Shown here: one piece after another, positions 39,222 to 48,063 of the stretch
Position numbering within the stretch: the stretch's first letter is position 1
Layout: each line of letters starts with the position of its first letter
NCBI GenBank assembly: GCA_902572225.1
Contig: CACGFJ010000001.1
Span: forward strand, 4,477 to 68,476
Direction: 5' to 3'
Source: an uncultured Pelagibacteraceae bacterium
Lineage (GTDB): Bacteria; Pseudomonadota; Alphaproteobacteria; Pelagibacterales; Pelagibacteraceae
Length of the DNA: 64,000 nucleotides
Made by a program: the position numbers and the translations under genes
The notes under the pieces: generated by a model
Told to the model about the DNA's origin: nothing
Seen by the model: only the letters and a program-made list of their open reading frames with translations
Databases searched by the model: none

Positions 39222-40691
39222 CTACGGTAGACAATCTAAATAAGTATCAAGATCCCATTGTGTTGTTGCACCAAGGAATTTTTCCCACTCATCTCGTTTG
39301 TACCAATTAAATACTTTATACATTTCATCTGGCATTGATGATTTTATAACTTCATCCTCCGCCAATCTATCTAAAGCCTCACCTAAACTTAGTGGAAGTT
39401 TTTTAACATCTTTACCAGCTTTTTGAGCTTCATATATATTTCTAGACTCTGGTTTAGCTGGTTTCATTTTTTTAGATATTCCTTCATCACAAGCTTTAAG
39501 TAATGCTGCACCCAACAAATATGGATTATGCATAGAGTCAACTGATCTGTACTCAAATCTACCCGGTGCAGATACTCTTAGACCACAAGTTCTATTTTGA
39601 TAACCCCAGTCAGCATACACTGGTGCCCAAAAACCTTGATCCCATAATCTTCTATATGAGTTAACTGTTGAAGAACCAATTGCTGTTAAAGCTGGCAAGT
39701 GTTTCATTATCCCTGCAATTGATTGTAATCCAATTTTTCCAGGTAATTGCATATCTTTAGTATCAGGCATGAAAGTATTAGTCCCACCGGATACATAACT
39801 AAAGACTTCCTCTACTCCTGGAAGTTTTTTGTTACCTAATTTATTTACAGATACCTTTCCACCTTTCCACAAAGACATGTTGGTGTGACATCCACTTGCT
39901 GAAACTCCCATAAATGGTTTGGTCATAAAGCAAGCAATAAGATTATGTTCTCTTGCTACCTGAGCACAAATTTGTCGATATGTAGATAGTCTATCAGCAT
40001 TTCTTAAAACATTATCAAATGTCCAGTTAAGCTCTAATTGACCAGGAGCATCTTCATGGTCACCTTGGATCATATCAAGACCCATCGCTTTTGCGTATTC
40101 AATAACCTTCATAAACACAGGTCTTAATGATTCAAATTGATCAATATGATAACAGAAAGGTTTTGAGAAACCTTGTCCAGTTGGAGTTCCGTCAGGATTT
40201 TTTGTTAACCACATCATTTCAGGCTCTGTTCCAACTCTTAATTCTAATCCATGTTTCTTTTTGAACTCATTCATGAAAATTCTAAGATTACCTCTGCAGT
40301 CACTTGTTAAATGACCACCTGGATTTTTTCTTTCTTCTCTATTTCTAAAACATGTAACAAAAACTCTTCCAACTCTCTTATCCCAAGGCAATTGAACAAA
40401 AGTTTCTGGATCAGGTATTCCTACCAATTCCATAGCTTCTGGACCATATCCAATATAATTATTATGACGATCTAAAAATAAATTTGCTGTTGCTCCATAA
40501 ACCAATTGAAAACCTTTTTCTGCAGTTCTTTCCCAGTGGTCTGCTGGTATTCCTTTTCCAACAACTCTTCCAGTTACTGAAATAAATTGATAATAGATAT
40601 AAGTAATTCCTAATTCGTTTATTTTTTCTCTAACCTTTTTGACGAGTTTAGCTCTACCTGGTTGGTTTACGTGTTTTTCAAGATCCGTCAT
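39222..40691 (-). CDS. Second glutamine-synthetase-like gamma-glutamyl-amine ligase
   Basis: GTEPEM, DHEDAPGQLE, SGCHTNMS, FWAP, NRTCGLR, RFEYRSVD. Confidence 0.87.
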   Translation of the reverse strand: MTDLEKHVNQPGRAKLVKKVREKINELGITYIYYQFISVTGRVVGKGIPADHWERTAEKGFQLVYGATANLFLDRHNNYIGYGPEAMELVGIPDPETFVQLPWDKRVGRVFVTCFRNREERKNPGGHLTSDCRGNLRIFMNEFKKKHGLELRVGTEPEMMWLTKNPDGTPTGQGFSKPFCYHIDQFESLRPVFMKVIEYAKAMGLDMIQGDHEDAPGQLELNWTFDNVLRNADRLSTYRQICAQVAREHNLIACFMTKPFMGVSASGCHTNMSLWKGGKVSVNKLGNKKLPGVEEVFSYVSGGTNTFMPDTKDMQLPGKIGLQSIAGIMKHLPALTAIGSSTVNSYRRLWDQGFWAPVYADWGYQNRTCGLRVSAPGRFEYRSVDSMHNPYLLGAALLKACDEGISKKMKPAKPESRNIYEAQKAGKDVKKLPLSLGEALDRLAEDEVIKSSMPDEMYKVFNWYKRDEWEKFLGATTQWDLDTYLDCLP

Positions 40692-40758
40692 TCTTCCCCC
40701 TTTGAATTTTCAGATCAAAAAGGTAACTGAAAAAAAAACGTTTGTCTACTTAGATAAA

Positions 40759-42087
40759 TTAGCTCCAAGGAAACGGACTGTTCGATGTCGGATGAAGTTT
40801 GCCTTTTTCATATCTATCGAACCTGAACGGTTTTAGTAATTCACTTTCTTGACCTAAAATTTCTTGTGCAACAAGGTGTCCAACACCTATCATTTTATAA
40901 CCATGATTTGCATCTGCAATCATGTAAACATTTTCAAAAAATCTATCGAATATCGGGAATGAATCTGGAGTTAAACAACCCAATCCTCCTGATGGTCCCT
41001 TTCTATACAAATGAGATTTACCAACAAAACGTTTCTGAATATGTGCAAGTGCTGAAGTCCACATATCAGAAAATTTATCAGTAGTTTGATATTCAGGAGA
41101 GTCAATTCCATATGGGTCAACATTAACTTCATCAAAATGTTTTTGAACAATGTAAGGTGATGTTCCACCTTGAACTCCCAATCCTTCAATATCAGGTTTA
41201 TAATAAATACCCCATAAGTCTTCTGTAATTATTTTCCCATCTTTGTCAGAATAAAGTGGTGCATCTGTATCAACATGAATTACTGGAGGCGGTTTACCTT
41301 CATTAGTTTTTAAATAATCTGCATCTACACCCAATACACCTTCTTGTAAAAACCAGTACTTCCACATTTCAACTTCATGCATTTTTCCATTTTTAGCATC
41401 TTTTATGTTAGTAGTTTTTGGTAACTCCAACATATTCCAAAAATCTCTTACCCATGGTCCTGCTCCAATAACTACCTGATCACAATCAATTGTACCTTTA
41501 TCTGTAACCACGCCAGTAATTGCATTGCTGTTGCTCCCTCTTTTAAAACCTGTAACCTTTACTCCTTTATGAACGTGTACACCGTTTGAATTTGCTTTTT
41601 TCTCTAAAGCTTTAATTGAATCTTTATTAAATGCGTATCCACCTTTCTTTTCATGTAAGACTGATGTAATACCTTTTGCTTGCCAATCACTAAAAATTCC
41701 TTGCATATATTTCATGCAATCTTTTTCACCTTCTATAAATTCTGATTCATATCCGATCGCTTTTTGTTGTTCATAAATACTTGCAACATCTTTATGCATT
41801 ACTTCTGGAGAAATTTGCATATAGCCGACAGCATTATATTTAAATGCCTCTGGATCACTTTCCCAAACACTAACTGAATGAGCCATTAATTCTCTCATTG
41901 CTGGTTGAAAATAATTATTTCTAACAACTCCACATGCAATTCCACTTGCACCTGCAGCAGTGTCTTTTTTTTCTAGGACAACGACATCGTTTGGATTTTT
42001 ATATTTTTCGGAAAGTTTCCAAGCAGTGCTTAACCCGTGAATTCCTCCACCAATTATTACAACTTTTGCTTTTGTCGGTAACGACAT
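40759..42087 (-). CDS. FAD-dependent amine oxidoreductase (DAO / sarcosine oxidase beta-like)
   Basis: IIGGGIHGLS Rossmann motif, GASGIACG, GAGPW, TPDSFPI, HGYKM. Confidence 0.85.
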   Translation of the reverse strand: MSLPTKAKVVIIGGGIHGLSTAWKLSEKYKNPNDVVVLEKKDTAAGASGIACGVVRNNYFQPAMRELMAHSVSVWESDPEAFKYNAVGYMQISPEVMHKDVASIYEQQKAIGYESEFIEGEKDCMKYMQGIFSDWQAKGITSVLHEKKGGYAFNKDSIKALEKKANSNGVHVHKGVKVTGFKRGSNSNAITGVVTDKGTIDCDQVVIGAGPWVRDFWNMLELPKTTNIKDAKNGKMHEVEMWKYWFLQEGVLGVDADYLKTNEGKPPPVIHVDTDAPLYSDKDGKIITEDLWGIYYKPDIEGLGVQGGTSPYIVQKHFDEVNVDPYGIDSPEYQTTDKFSDMWTSALAHIQKRFVGKSHLYRKGPSGGLGCLTPDSFPIFDRFFENVYMIADANHGYKMIGVGHLVAQEILGQESELLKPFRFDRYEKGKLHPTSNSPFPWS

Positions 42088-42176
42088 ATTTGAACTTTAA
42101 TTTTTTAGCAAAGGAAAGAATATAATAATTTTTATATATAATTTATATAAATTCTAAATATTTATTAGATTTTTAA

Positions 42177-42527
42177 TTAAAAACTCAAATTTTTGAGAGT
42201 TTTCAAATATTCGTTAAATTCATTAACAAAATTCTGTGTGGGTAAAACGTACTTTTTTCTATGATCATTTCCGTTTTTCTCAAGGTAAAAAAACTCTTTA
42301 TCACAAGCTTCTTTGATCATGAGTGCAGATTTGGGTCTAGAGGTTTTGAAAAGTCTAGTCTTAAGTTCTTCGACAGATAAGTTTTCATTTAATTTATAGG
42401 AATTCATCACAATCAACATCATGTGATAATGCGAAGGAGACTTTCTGAAAAAGTAATTACTGGATGTATGGGACAGTTTCATTTGATCTTCCCAAAATTC
42501 CAGTAAATCCTTTGATGATTTTGACAT
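42177..42527 (-). CDS. Small winged-helix (MarR-like) DNA-binding protein candidate
   Basis: 116 aa; LSVEELK..SRP helix pair and wing motif DHRKKYVLPT; ATG overlaps the tdm stop. Confidence 0.55.
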   Translation of the reverse strand: MSKSSKDLLEFWEDQMKLSHTSSNYFFRKSPSHYHMMLIVMNSYKLNENLSVEELKTRLFKTSRPKSALMIKEACDKEFFYLEKNGNDHRKKYVLPTQNFVNEFNEYLKTLKNLSF

Positions 42528-44866
42528 TAAGATTTTACACGTGTTTTTTGAGGATCGTAATGCGGGAAACCAACAATTTTAGCAGGTATTCTTTTTTGAT
42601 GTCCATCAATTTTACCGACTTCAACGTTCATACCTATTTCTGAATGACCTATATCAATTCTGCACAAAGCAATATTTTTATTCAAAGTAGGAGATAGACA
42701 TCCGCTTGTAACTACGCCAACTTGGGATCTTCCAATGTGAACGCAATCACCGTGATTAGCTTTTTCTTTTCCTACAAGTTCTAATCCAACTAATTTCTTT
42801 TGCGGATTTTCTTTTCTCTTTATTAATGCTTCTTTACCAATGAAATCTGCTGTTTTTGTTTTTAAAGGAACCGTAAATCCAACACCAGCTTCAAAAGGGT
42901 CAACTTGGCCGTCAAATTCATTACCAAATAATATTAGTCCAGCTTCAATTCTTAATAAATCTAATGCTCCAAAACCAGCAGGTATTATTCCTTCATCTTT
43001 GCCAGCTTCCATAAGCACATCCCAAACTGCTGGTGCATCTGAAGGGTGACACCATATTTCGTATCCTAACTCGCCTGTGTATCCAGTTCTAGAAACCATT
43101 AATGGAATTCCACTAAGTTCTTTTACTCTACAGATTGTAAACCTAAACCATTGTAATTCTGAAATAGAAGGTTGTGTTGGTGGAGTAAAAATAAACTTTT
43201 CTAAAATTTTTCTACTGTTAGGTCCTTGTAGAGAAATATTATTTATTTGATCAGTAGAGTTTTTAACTAAAACATTAAATTTTTTCTTTTTTGCTTGTTC
43301 TTTTAACCATTCACCTGCGTATTCATCACCACATACCCATCTAAATCCATGATCACTCATTTTTAACAATGTTCCATCATCAAACATAGAACCATTTTCA
43401 TAACACATCGAAGAATAAACAATTTGTCCAACTGACAATTTTTTAACGTTTCTTGTTAAAGTATAGTCCATTAATTCTTCTGCATCCGGACCTAATATTT
43501 CAAATTTTCTTAAAGAAGATAAATCAATTAAAACTGCTTTTTCTCTACACGCTGTATATTCATTTATTACTCCGTGTTTAGTGTAATCATTGGGCAGCCA
43601 ATATCCTCTAGCATCAACAAAGTTTCTTGTTAACTTTGAAGTTCTTTCATGAAATCCTGTATTTTTTGTTAGTTTTAATTCTGAGTCTGGTTTCATTCTA
43701 AATGCAAAAGATTTTGTAAATTCTCTTTTTTTTTCGTAAGTTCTAACAAAAATATCTGTAGGGTTCCATGAATTACATGGATCTATATCACTTGGACAGG
43801 CTGATGTTCCGCAGGTTAAATCTTTTAAAGCTCTTAATATTACATAATCTCCAGGTCTAGCAAATGACTCATCAGAAAGTACGGTATTTAAGCCTCCTGC
43901 TGAAGTATTAAAAAATAAATTTATAGCGTGCCATCCCTTTTGTCTATTAACCCCAAAATTTTCCATAGCACCACTTAAGTTATCTGAGCAATTTGGATGC
44001 CCAAAATAACCAGCATCTTCGTAATACTTCGATGTACAAGCAAGATTAAAAGTGTCATGTCTACCAACAGTATCTCTTATTACTTCAACTAAAGGCTCAT
44101 GGTCTGTATCATAAAATTTTGAATACAATCCTGGTCCTGGAAATGTATTTCCCATAAAGGTCCTGGTTGTTTGCCAATCTAAACCTTTTTCAATACCTTT
44201 ACCTAATTTAGCTGTATCAAAAGCAACAAAATCTGAACATTGTCTACCAGTTGGACAAATTATTTGAATATAATCTCCTTCTTTAACTTCAAAAGAAATC
44301 GCTGATTGTTTTGCAATATTTTTTTCGTCTAGAGGATCAAAAATTGGATCTGGAATTATTCTATGTTCTTTATAGTCAACAATATTATTTCTTTTAATAA
44401 ATAAAGTTAATTCTGTAGGAGGATTTTGTTCATGAACCAACATATCATGACCAGGTGCAGAAAAAATGCAATAACATTTATCTTTTGAACTTATTTTAAT
44501 TTTTTCTCCTGGTGGAGTGTCTTTATCAAAAAGGATTGAAGATTTAGATTTTGCAATTTTAAGATTTCTTTTTTCTAATTGGCGCAAAGCAATTTTCGAA
44601 CTTTCTTCATTTCTATTTAAAATTTTAATTATATCATTTTCTGATTTAGATGATTTTAAATTTAAAATTGATGGATCTGAATTTCCATCAGAATTAAAAA
44701 CAACTATTTCACAAATTTGATTTCCTTCATTATTAATAATTTCAATTTCATCATCCGGAAAAACCTGAACTCCTGTTAATCCACCCCCATTAACTACATA
44801 TCTTTCAACCCCAGGTGGCAAAACATTTAAACCAGGTTCATTTATTCTTAAATTTTCTTCTAACAT
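42527..44866 (-). CDS. tdm: Trimethylamine N-oxide demethylase (DUF1989 + GcvT domains)
   Basis: 779 aa; GRQCSDF, RHDTFNLAC, GHPNCSDN, SACPSDID, C-terminal SRTGYTGELGYE; divergent from the TMAO SBP gene. Confidence 0.92.
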   Translation of the reverse strand: MLEENLRINEPGLNVLPPGVERYVVNGGGLTGVQVFPDDEIEIINNEGNQICEIVVFNSDGNSDPSILNLKSSKSENDIIKILNRNEESSKIALRQLEKRNLKIAKSKSSILFDKDTPPGEKIKISSKDKCYCIFSAPGHDMLVHEQNPPTELTLFIKRNNIVDYKEHRIIPDPIFDPLDEKNIAKQSAISFEVKEGDYIQIICPTGRQCSDFVAFDTAKLGKGIEKGLDWQTTRTFMGNTFPGPGLYSKFYDTDHEPLVEVIRDTVGRHDTFNLACTSKYYEDAGYFGHPNCSDNLSGAMENFGVNRQKGWHAINLFFNTSAGGLNTVLSDESFARPGDYVILRALKDLTCGTSACPSDIDPCNSWNPTDIFVRTYEKKREFTKSFAFRMKPDSELKLTKNTGFHERTSKLTRNFVDARGYWLPNDYTKHGVINEYTACREKAVLIDLSSLRKFEILGPDAEELMDYTLTRNVKKLSVGQIVYSSMCYENGSMFDDGTLLKMSDHGFRWVCGDEYAGEWLKEQAKKKKFNVLVKNSTDQINNISLQGPNSRKILEKFIFTPPTQPSISELQWFRFTICRVKELSGIPLMVSRTGYTGELGYEIWCHPSDAPAVWDVLMEAGKDEGIIPAGFGALDLLRIEAGLILFGNEFDGQVDPFEAGVGFTVPLKTKTADFIGKEALIKRKENPQKKLVGLELVGKEKANHGDCVHIGRSQVGVVTSGCLSPTLNKNIALCRIDIGHSEIGMNVEVGKIDGHQKRIPAKIVGFPHYDPQKTRVKS

Positions 44867-44894
44867 TTTAAATCAATGATTACTTATGTTTAAG

Positions 44895-44939
44895 AATAAA
44901 TCAGTACTGATTAATTGTATATATAAATTTTAGTACCAA
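44895..44939. promoter_or_regulatory. Candidate operator(s) in the divergent tdm/tmoX promoter
   Basis: Perfect 14-bp palindrome AATCAGTACTGATT (44899-44912) and a related TTAGTACCAA (44930-44939). Confidence 0.45.
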
Positions 44940-45007
44940 CTTTTGTTGACTGTGAGATTAAATTTAAGGATACTTACTTACTTAATATATTAAGAGAGGA
45001 GAAATAA

Positions 45008-45952
45008 ATGAAGAAAATACTATCTTTACTCTCAGCTATAGTAATTACTGTAGTAAGCTTTGCAGGAATATCTAACGCTGACAGTAAAAAACCCATAGTG
45101 ATCCCAACTCATAACTGGTCAAGTCAAATTGTTATGGCCTATGTTATTGGTGGAATCTTTGAAAGCATGGGTAACAATGTTAAATATGTAAATGCTGACT
45201 CTCAAGCGGTTTACGAGTCAATTAGAATTGGTGATGTAACTATATCTCATGAGGTATGGGAATCTGCTTTTGGTAAGTCATTTACAACAGCTTTAGACAA
45301 AGGTGGTTTGTTAGACTGGGGTGATCATGAAGCAAGAACTCTTGAGGATATGGGATATCCAAACTGGGTTGTTGAAAAAGGTCTATGTCCAGGCCTACCA
45401 GATTGGACAGCTCTAAAAAATCCAGACTGTGCAAAAAACTTTACAACACCTGACTCTCCAGATGGAAAAGGTAGAATGTTGGAAGGACCACAAACTTGGC
45501 ATGGTGACTTAATCCCTCAAAGGATTGATGCACTAGGCTTAGGTGATTTATGGTGGGTTAAGTTTGCTGGAGGTGCTGATGCACTTTGGGCAGAATTAGC
45601 AGCTGCTGAAAAAGAAGGAAGAGGAACTATAATTTTCAACTGGACACCAAACTTTACTGATGGTGCTGGTTTTACATTTATCGACTTCCCTCCATACACA
45701 GCTGGTTGCAGACCAGCAGATGGTGGTGACGGAAAATGTGGTTCTCCGGATGGTTATTTGAAAAAAGCAGTACACGAAGATTTTCCAAAAACTCATCCAG
45801 ATGCAGCAGCAGCGTTTAAAAAATTGTCATTTTCAACAAGTCAAATTGGTGCAATGGCAGCTTTAGTAGACGTTGACAAAATGACTCACGAAGATGCAGC
45901 TAAAAAATGGTTAGCTGATAACGAGTCAACTTGGAAAGCTTTCCTTAAATAA
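45008..45952 (+). CDS. tmoX: TMAO ABC transporter substrate-binding protein
   Basis: Signal peptide; PIVIPTHNWSSQ, HEVWE, CPGLPDW.AL, FNWTPNF; adjacent to tdm. Confidence 0.88.
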   Translation: MKKILSLLSAIVITVVSFAGISNADSKKPIVIPTHNWSSQIVMAYVIGGIFESMGNNVKYVNADSQAVYESIRIGDVTISHEVWESAFGKSFTTALDKGGLLDWGDHEARTLEDMGYPNWVVEKGLCPGLPDWTALKNPDCAKNFTTPDSPDGKGRMLEGPQTWHGDLIPQRIDALGLGDLWWVKFAGGADALWAELAAAEKEGRGTIIFNWTPNFTDGAGFTFIDFPPYTAGCRPADGGDGKCGSPDGYLKKAVHEDFPKTHPDAAAAFKKLSFSTSQIGAMAALVDVDKMTHEDAAKKWLADNESTWKAFLK

Positions 45953-45973
45953 GGATAAAAGTTAAAAAATTAA

Positions 45974-46010
45974 GATCTCCCCCAATTCTGTTGGGGGGGG
46001 ATTTTTTTTT
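45974..46010 (+). terminator. Intrinsic terminator after tmoX
   Basis: GATCTCCCCCAA-ttctg-TTGGGGGGGGAT followed by a T run. Confidence 0.8.
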
Positions 46011-46035
46011 ATAAAGATTTGTGTAAAATATATTT

Positions 46036-46413
46036 ATGAAAAAATATCTTTTTTACTTTTTTTTAAGTTTATTAATAAGCTCATCAGTTTTTGCTCGAAG
46101 CACCGGATGTAAAGAAGGTAACTGTGAAAATGGATATGGAAAATGGGTTTATACAGATAAAACTACTTATGAAGGTGAGTGGGTAGGAACAAAAAAAAAT
46201 GGCCAAGGTGTAGAAACATGGCCAAACGGATATATCTATAAAGGTGAGTTTAAAAACAGTGTTTGGAGTGGAGTTGGAACTTTAACTTTCCCAGATGGTT
46301 CTACTTATGAAGGAGAGTGGGCTAATGGTTTTATGAATGGCAAAGGAACATTTACTTGGGCTAATGGCGACCAAAAAGTAGGAATTTGGAAAAACGGTAA
46401 ATTACAAGATTAA
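46036..46413 (+). CDS. Secreted MORN-repeat protein
   Basis: Signal peptide, GC..GNC.NG.G, repeats of YEGEW..G...GxG...W.NG. Confidence 0.85.
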   Translation: MKKYLFYFFLSLLISSSVFARSTGCKEGNCENGYGKWVYTDKTTYEGEWVGTKKNGQGVETWPNGYIYKGEFKNSVWSGVGTLTFPDGSTYEGEWANGFMNGKGTFTWANGDQKVGIWKNGKLQD

Positions 46414-46964
46414 TGTCGAACGAAACTTCATTTAATAAATTAAAAGGATTACCCGAGAACCTAAAACAATTTATAGGACTAATAGTTTTAACAATAGTCA
46501 TAATTTCTTCTTTTGCTATTTTAAATAATATATTTAGCGAGGGTGATGAATTAGTTAAGAAAATGAAATTGGAAGAAGAGAGAATTGCAAAAGAGAGAAA
46601 ACTAAGTGCATTAATTTCAAAACTTCCCTCGGGTATATTAGTAACTTTTGGTGGTACTGATCATTATAAATTATCAGATGAATTGTATGAGGGAGTATGT
46701 AATGCCACAAAGCTTATCCCCCAAAGAGCAATAATGGGTGCAAATTTCTTAAATTTTAGAGCACACGAAATTTATACTATTAACGGCAATAAGATTGATG
46801 AAACATTTGTTGAATGGGATGCTGAAAAAAAGAAATGTTTTGCAGGTTTTACAGTTAGTGGAAATAACGTAGGAGTAGACGAAACAATTAAAGTAAGCGG
46901 TGAAGCCTTAAGTTTTTTAAGTACTGGAATTGATACAAGGGTTTATTTTATTAAAAATTTTTAA
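46413..46964 (+). CDS. Hypothetical single-TM protein
   Basis: 183 aa ORF coupled (TAATG) to the MORN gene; one N-terminal TM, two Cys in the soluble domain. Confidence 0.7.
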   Translation: MSNETSFNKLKGLPENLKQFIGLIVLTIVIISSFAILNNIFSEGDELVKKMKLEEERIAKERKLSALISKLPSGILVTFGGTDHYKLSDELYEGVCNATKLIPQRAIMGANFLNFRAHEIYTINGNKIDETFVEWDAEKKKCFAGFTVSGNNVGVDETIKVSGEALSFLSTGIDTRVYFIKNF

Positions 46965-47028
46965 TGGAAATAAGCTTCAATTATATTGATTTTAATTTAA
47001 TTAATTTTCGTATACTTTTATAAGAATT

Positions 47029-48060
47029 ATGTCTGAAGCAGTAATCAAATGCGAAGCAGTTTATAAAATTTTTGGTGAAAACGCCAAAAAGATGCTTCAA
47101 GATTCAAATGGTAATGTTGATGCTAAAACATTTCAAGAAAATGGTTGTATAGTAGGTGTTAACAATGCCTCTTTTGAAGTGGCAAAAGGAGAGATGCTTG
47201 TTGTAATGGGCTTATCTGGATCTGGTAAGTCAACTTTACTAAGGTGTATATCAAGATTAACAGATGCAACAGGTGGAAAAATTTTCATTGAAGGTCAAGA
47301 TTTATTAAATTTAAATAATAAAGAGTTAATTGAGCTTAGAAGAAACAAAATGGGAATGGTTTTTCAAAGCTTTGCTCTTCTTCCACACAAAACCGTTGTA
47401 GAAAATATAGCTTTTCCTCTTCAAGTCAAAGGTATCAAAACTGAGGAGAGCATTAATAAAGCAATGGAGATGGTTAAATTAGTTGGACTTGATGGAAGAG
47501 AAAATTATTTTCCAAGAGAACTTTCAGGTGGACAACAACAAAGAGTGGGTATTGCAAGATCTCTAGCAGTTGAACCTGATATATGGTTTTTAGATGAACC
47601 TTTTTCTGCTTTGGATCCTTTAATTAGAAAAGAAATGCAAGATGAATTTTTAAGACTTCAAGAAAAATTACAAAAAACAATTATGTTTATTACTCATGAT
47701 TTTGATGAAGCATTAAAACTTGCTGATCGAATTGCAATTATGAAAGATGGTATAATTGAACAACTAGATACACCTGCAAATATAGTTCTAAACCCAGCCA
47801 CAGAATATGTAAGAAAATTTACTGAAGAGGTACCTAGAGAAAAAGTTTTATTAATTGAAGATGTAATGGATGAATCTATATCTAATAATTTAGGTGATGT
47901 TAAAGTTTCAAAAGATGAAATCATAGAAAATGTTGCAGAAAAAATATTAACGCAAGAAAAATCTGTAGCAGTTATAGATGAAAATAATAAAACCGTTGGG
48001 TCAATCAACCCGACAAAAATAATAAATACTGTCTTTGGCGGAAGAAAGAACGGAAAATAA
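47029..48060 (+). CDS. tmoW: TMAO/betaine-family ABC ATPase (ProV-like)
   Basis: MGLSGSGKST, LSGGQQQRV, DEPFSALDPLIR. Confidence 0.85.
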   Translation: MSEAVIKCEAVYKIFGENAKKMLQDSNGNVDAKTFQENGCIVGVNNASFEVAKGEMLVVMGLSGSGKSTLLRCISRLTDATGGKIFIEGQDLLNLNNKELIELRRNKMGMVFQSFALLPHKTVVENIAFPLQVKGIKTEESINKAMEMVKLVGLDGRENYFPRELSGGQQQRVGIARSLAVEPDIWFLDEPFSALDPLIRKEMQDEFLRLQEKLQKTIMFITHDFDEALKLADRIAIMKDGIIEQLDTPANIVLNPATEYVRKFTEEVPREKVLLIEDVMDESISNNLGDVKVSKDEIIENVAEKILTQEKSVAVIDENNKTVGSINPTKIINTVFGGRKNGK

Positions 48061-48063
48061 ATT

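Noticed and set aside
39211-39234. Extension MSTVVGYN on the second amidotransferase
   Set aside because: Ntn amidotransferases need Cys at position 2, and an AGGA RBS precedes the ATG at 39210.
40700-40740. Possible hairpin or riboswitch between the flavoprotein and GS-like genes
   Set aside because: Only a 7-bp AT-rich stem in a 67-nt spacer; no recognisable riboswitch consensus.
42130-42175. AT-only palindromes such as AATTTATATAAATT upstream of the flavoprotein gene
   Set aside because: Expected by chance in a nearly all-AT spacer; no independent support.
44971-44994. TACT x3 microrepeat and CTTAATATATTAAG palindrome before tmoX
   Set aside because: Short and low-complexity; cannot be told apart from background.
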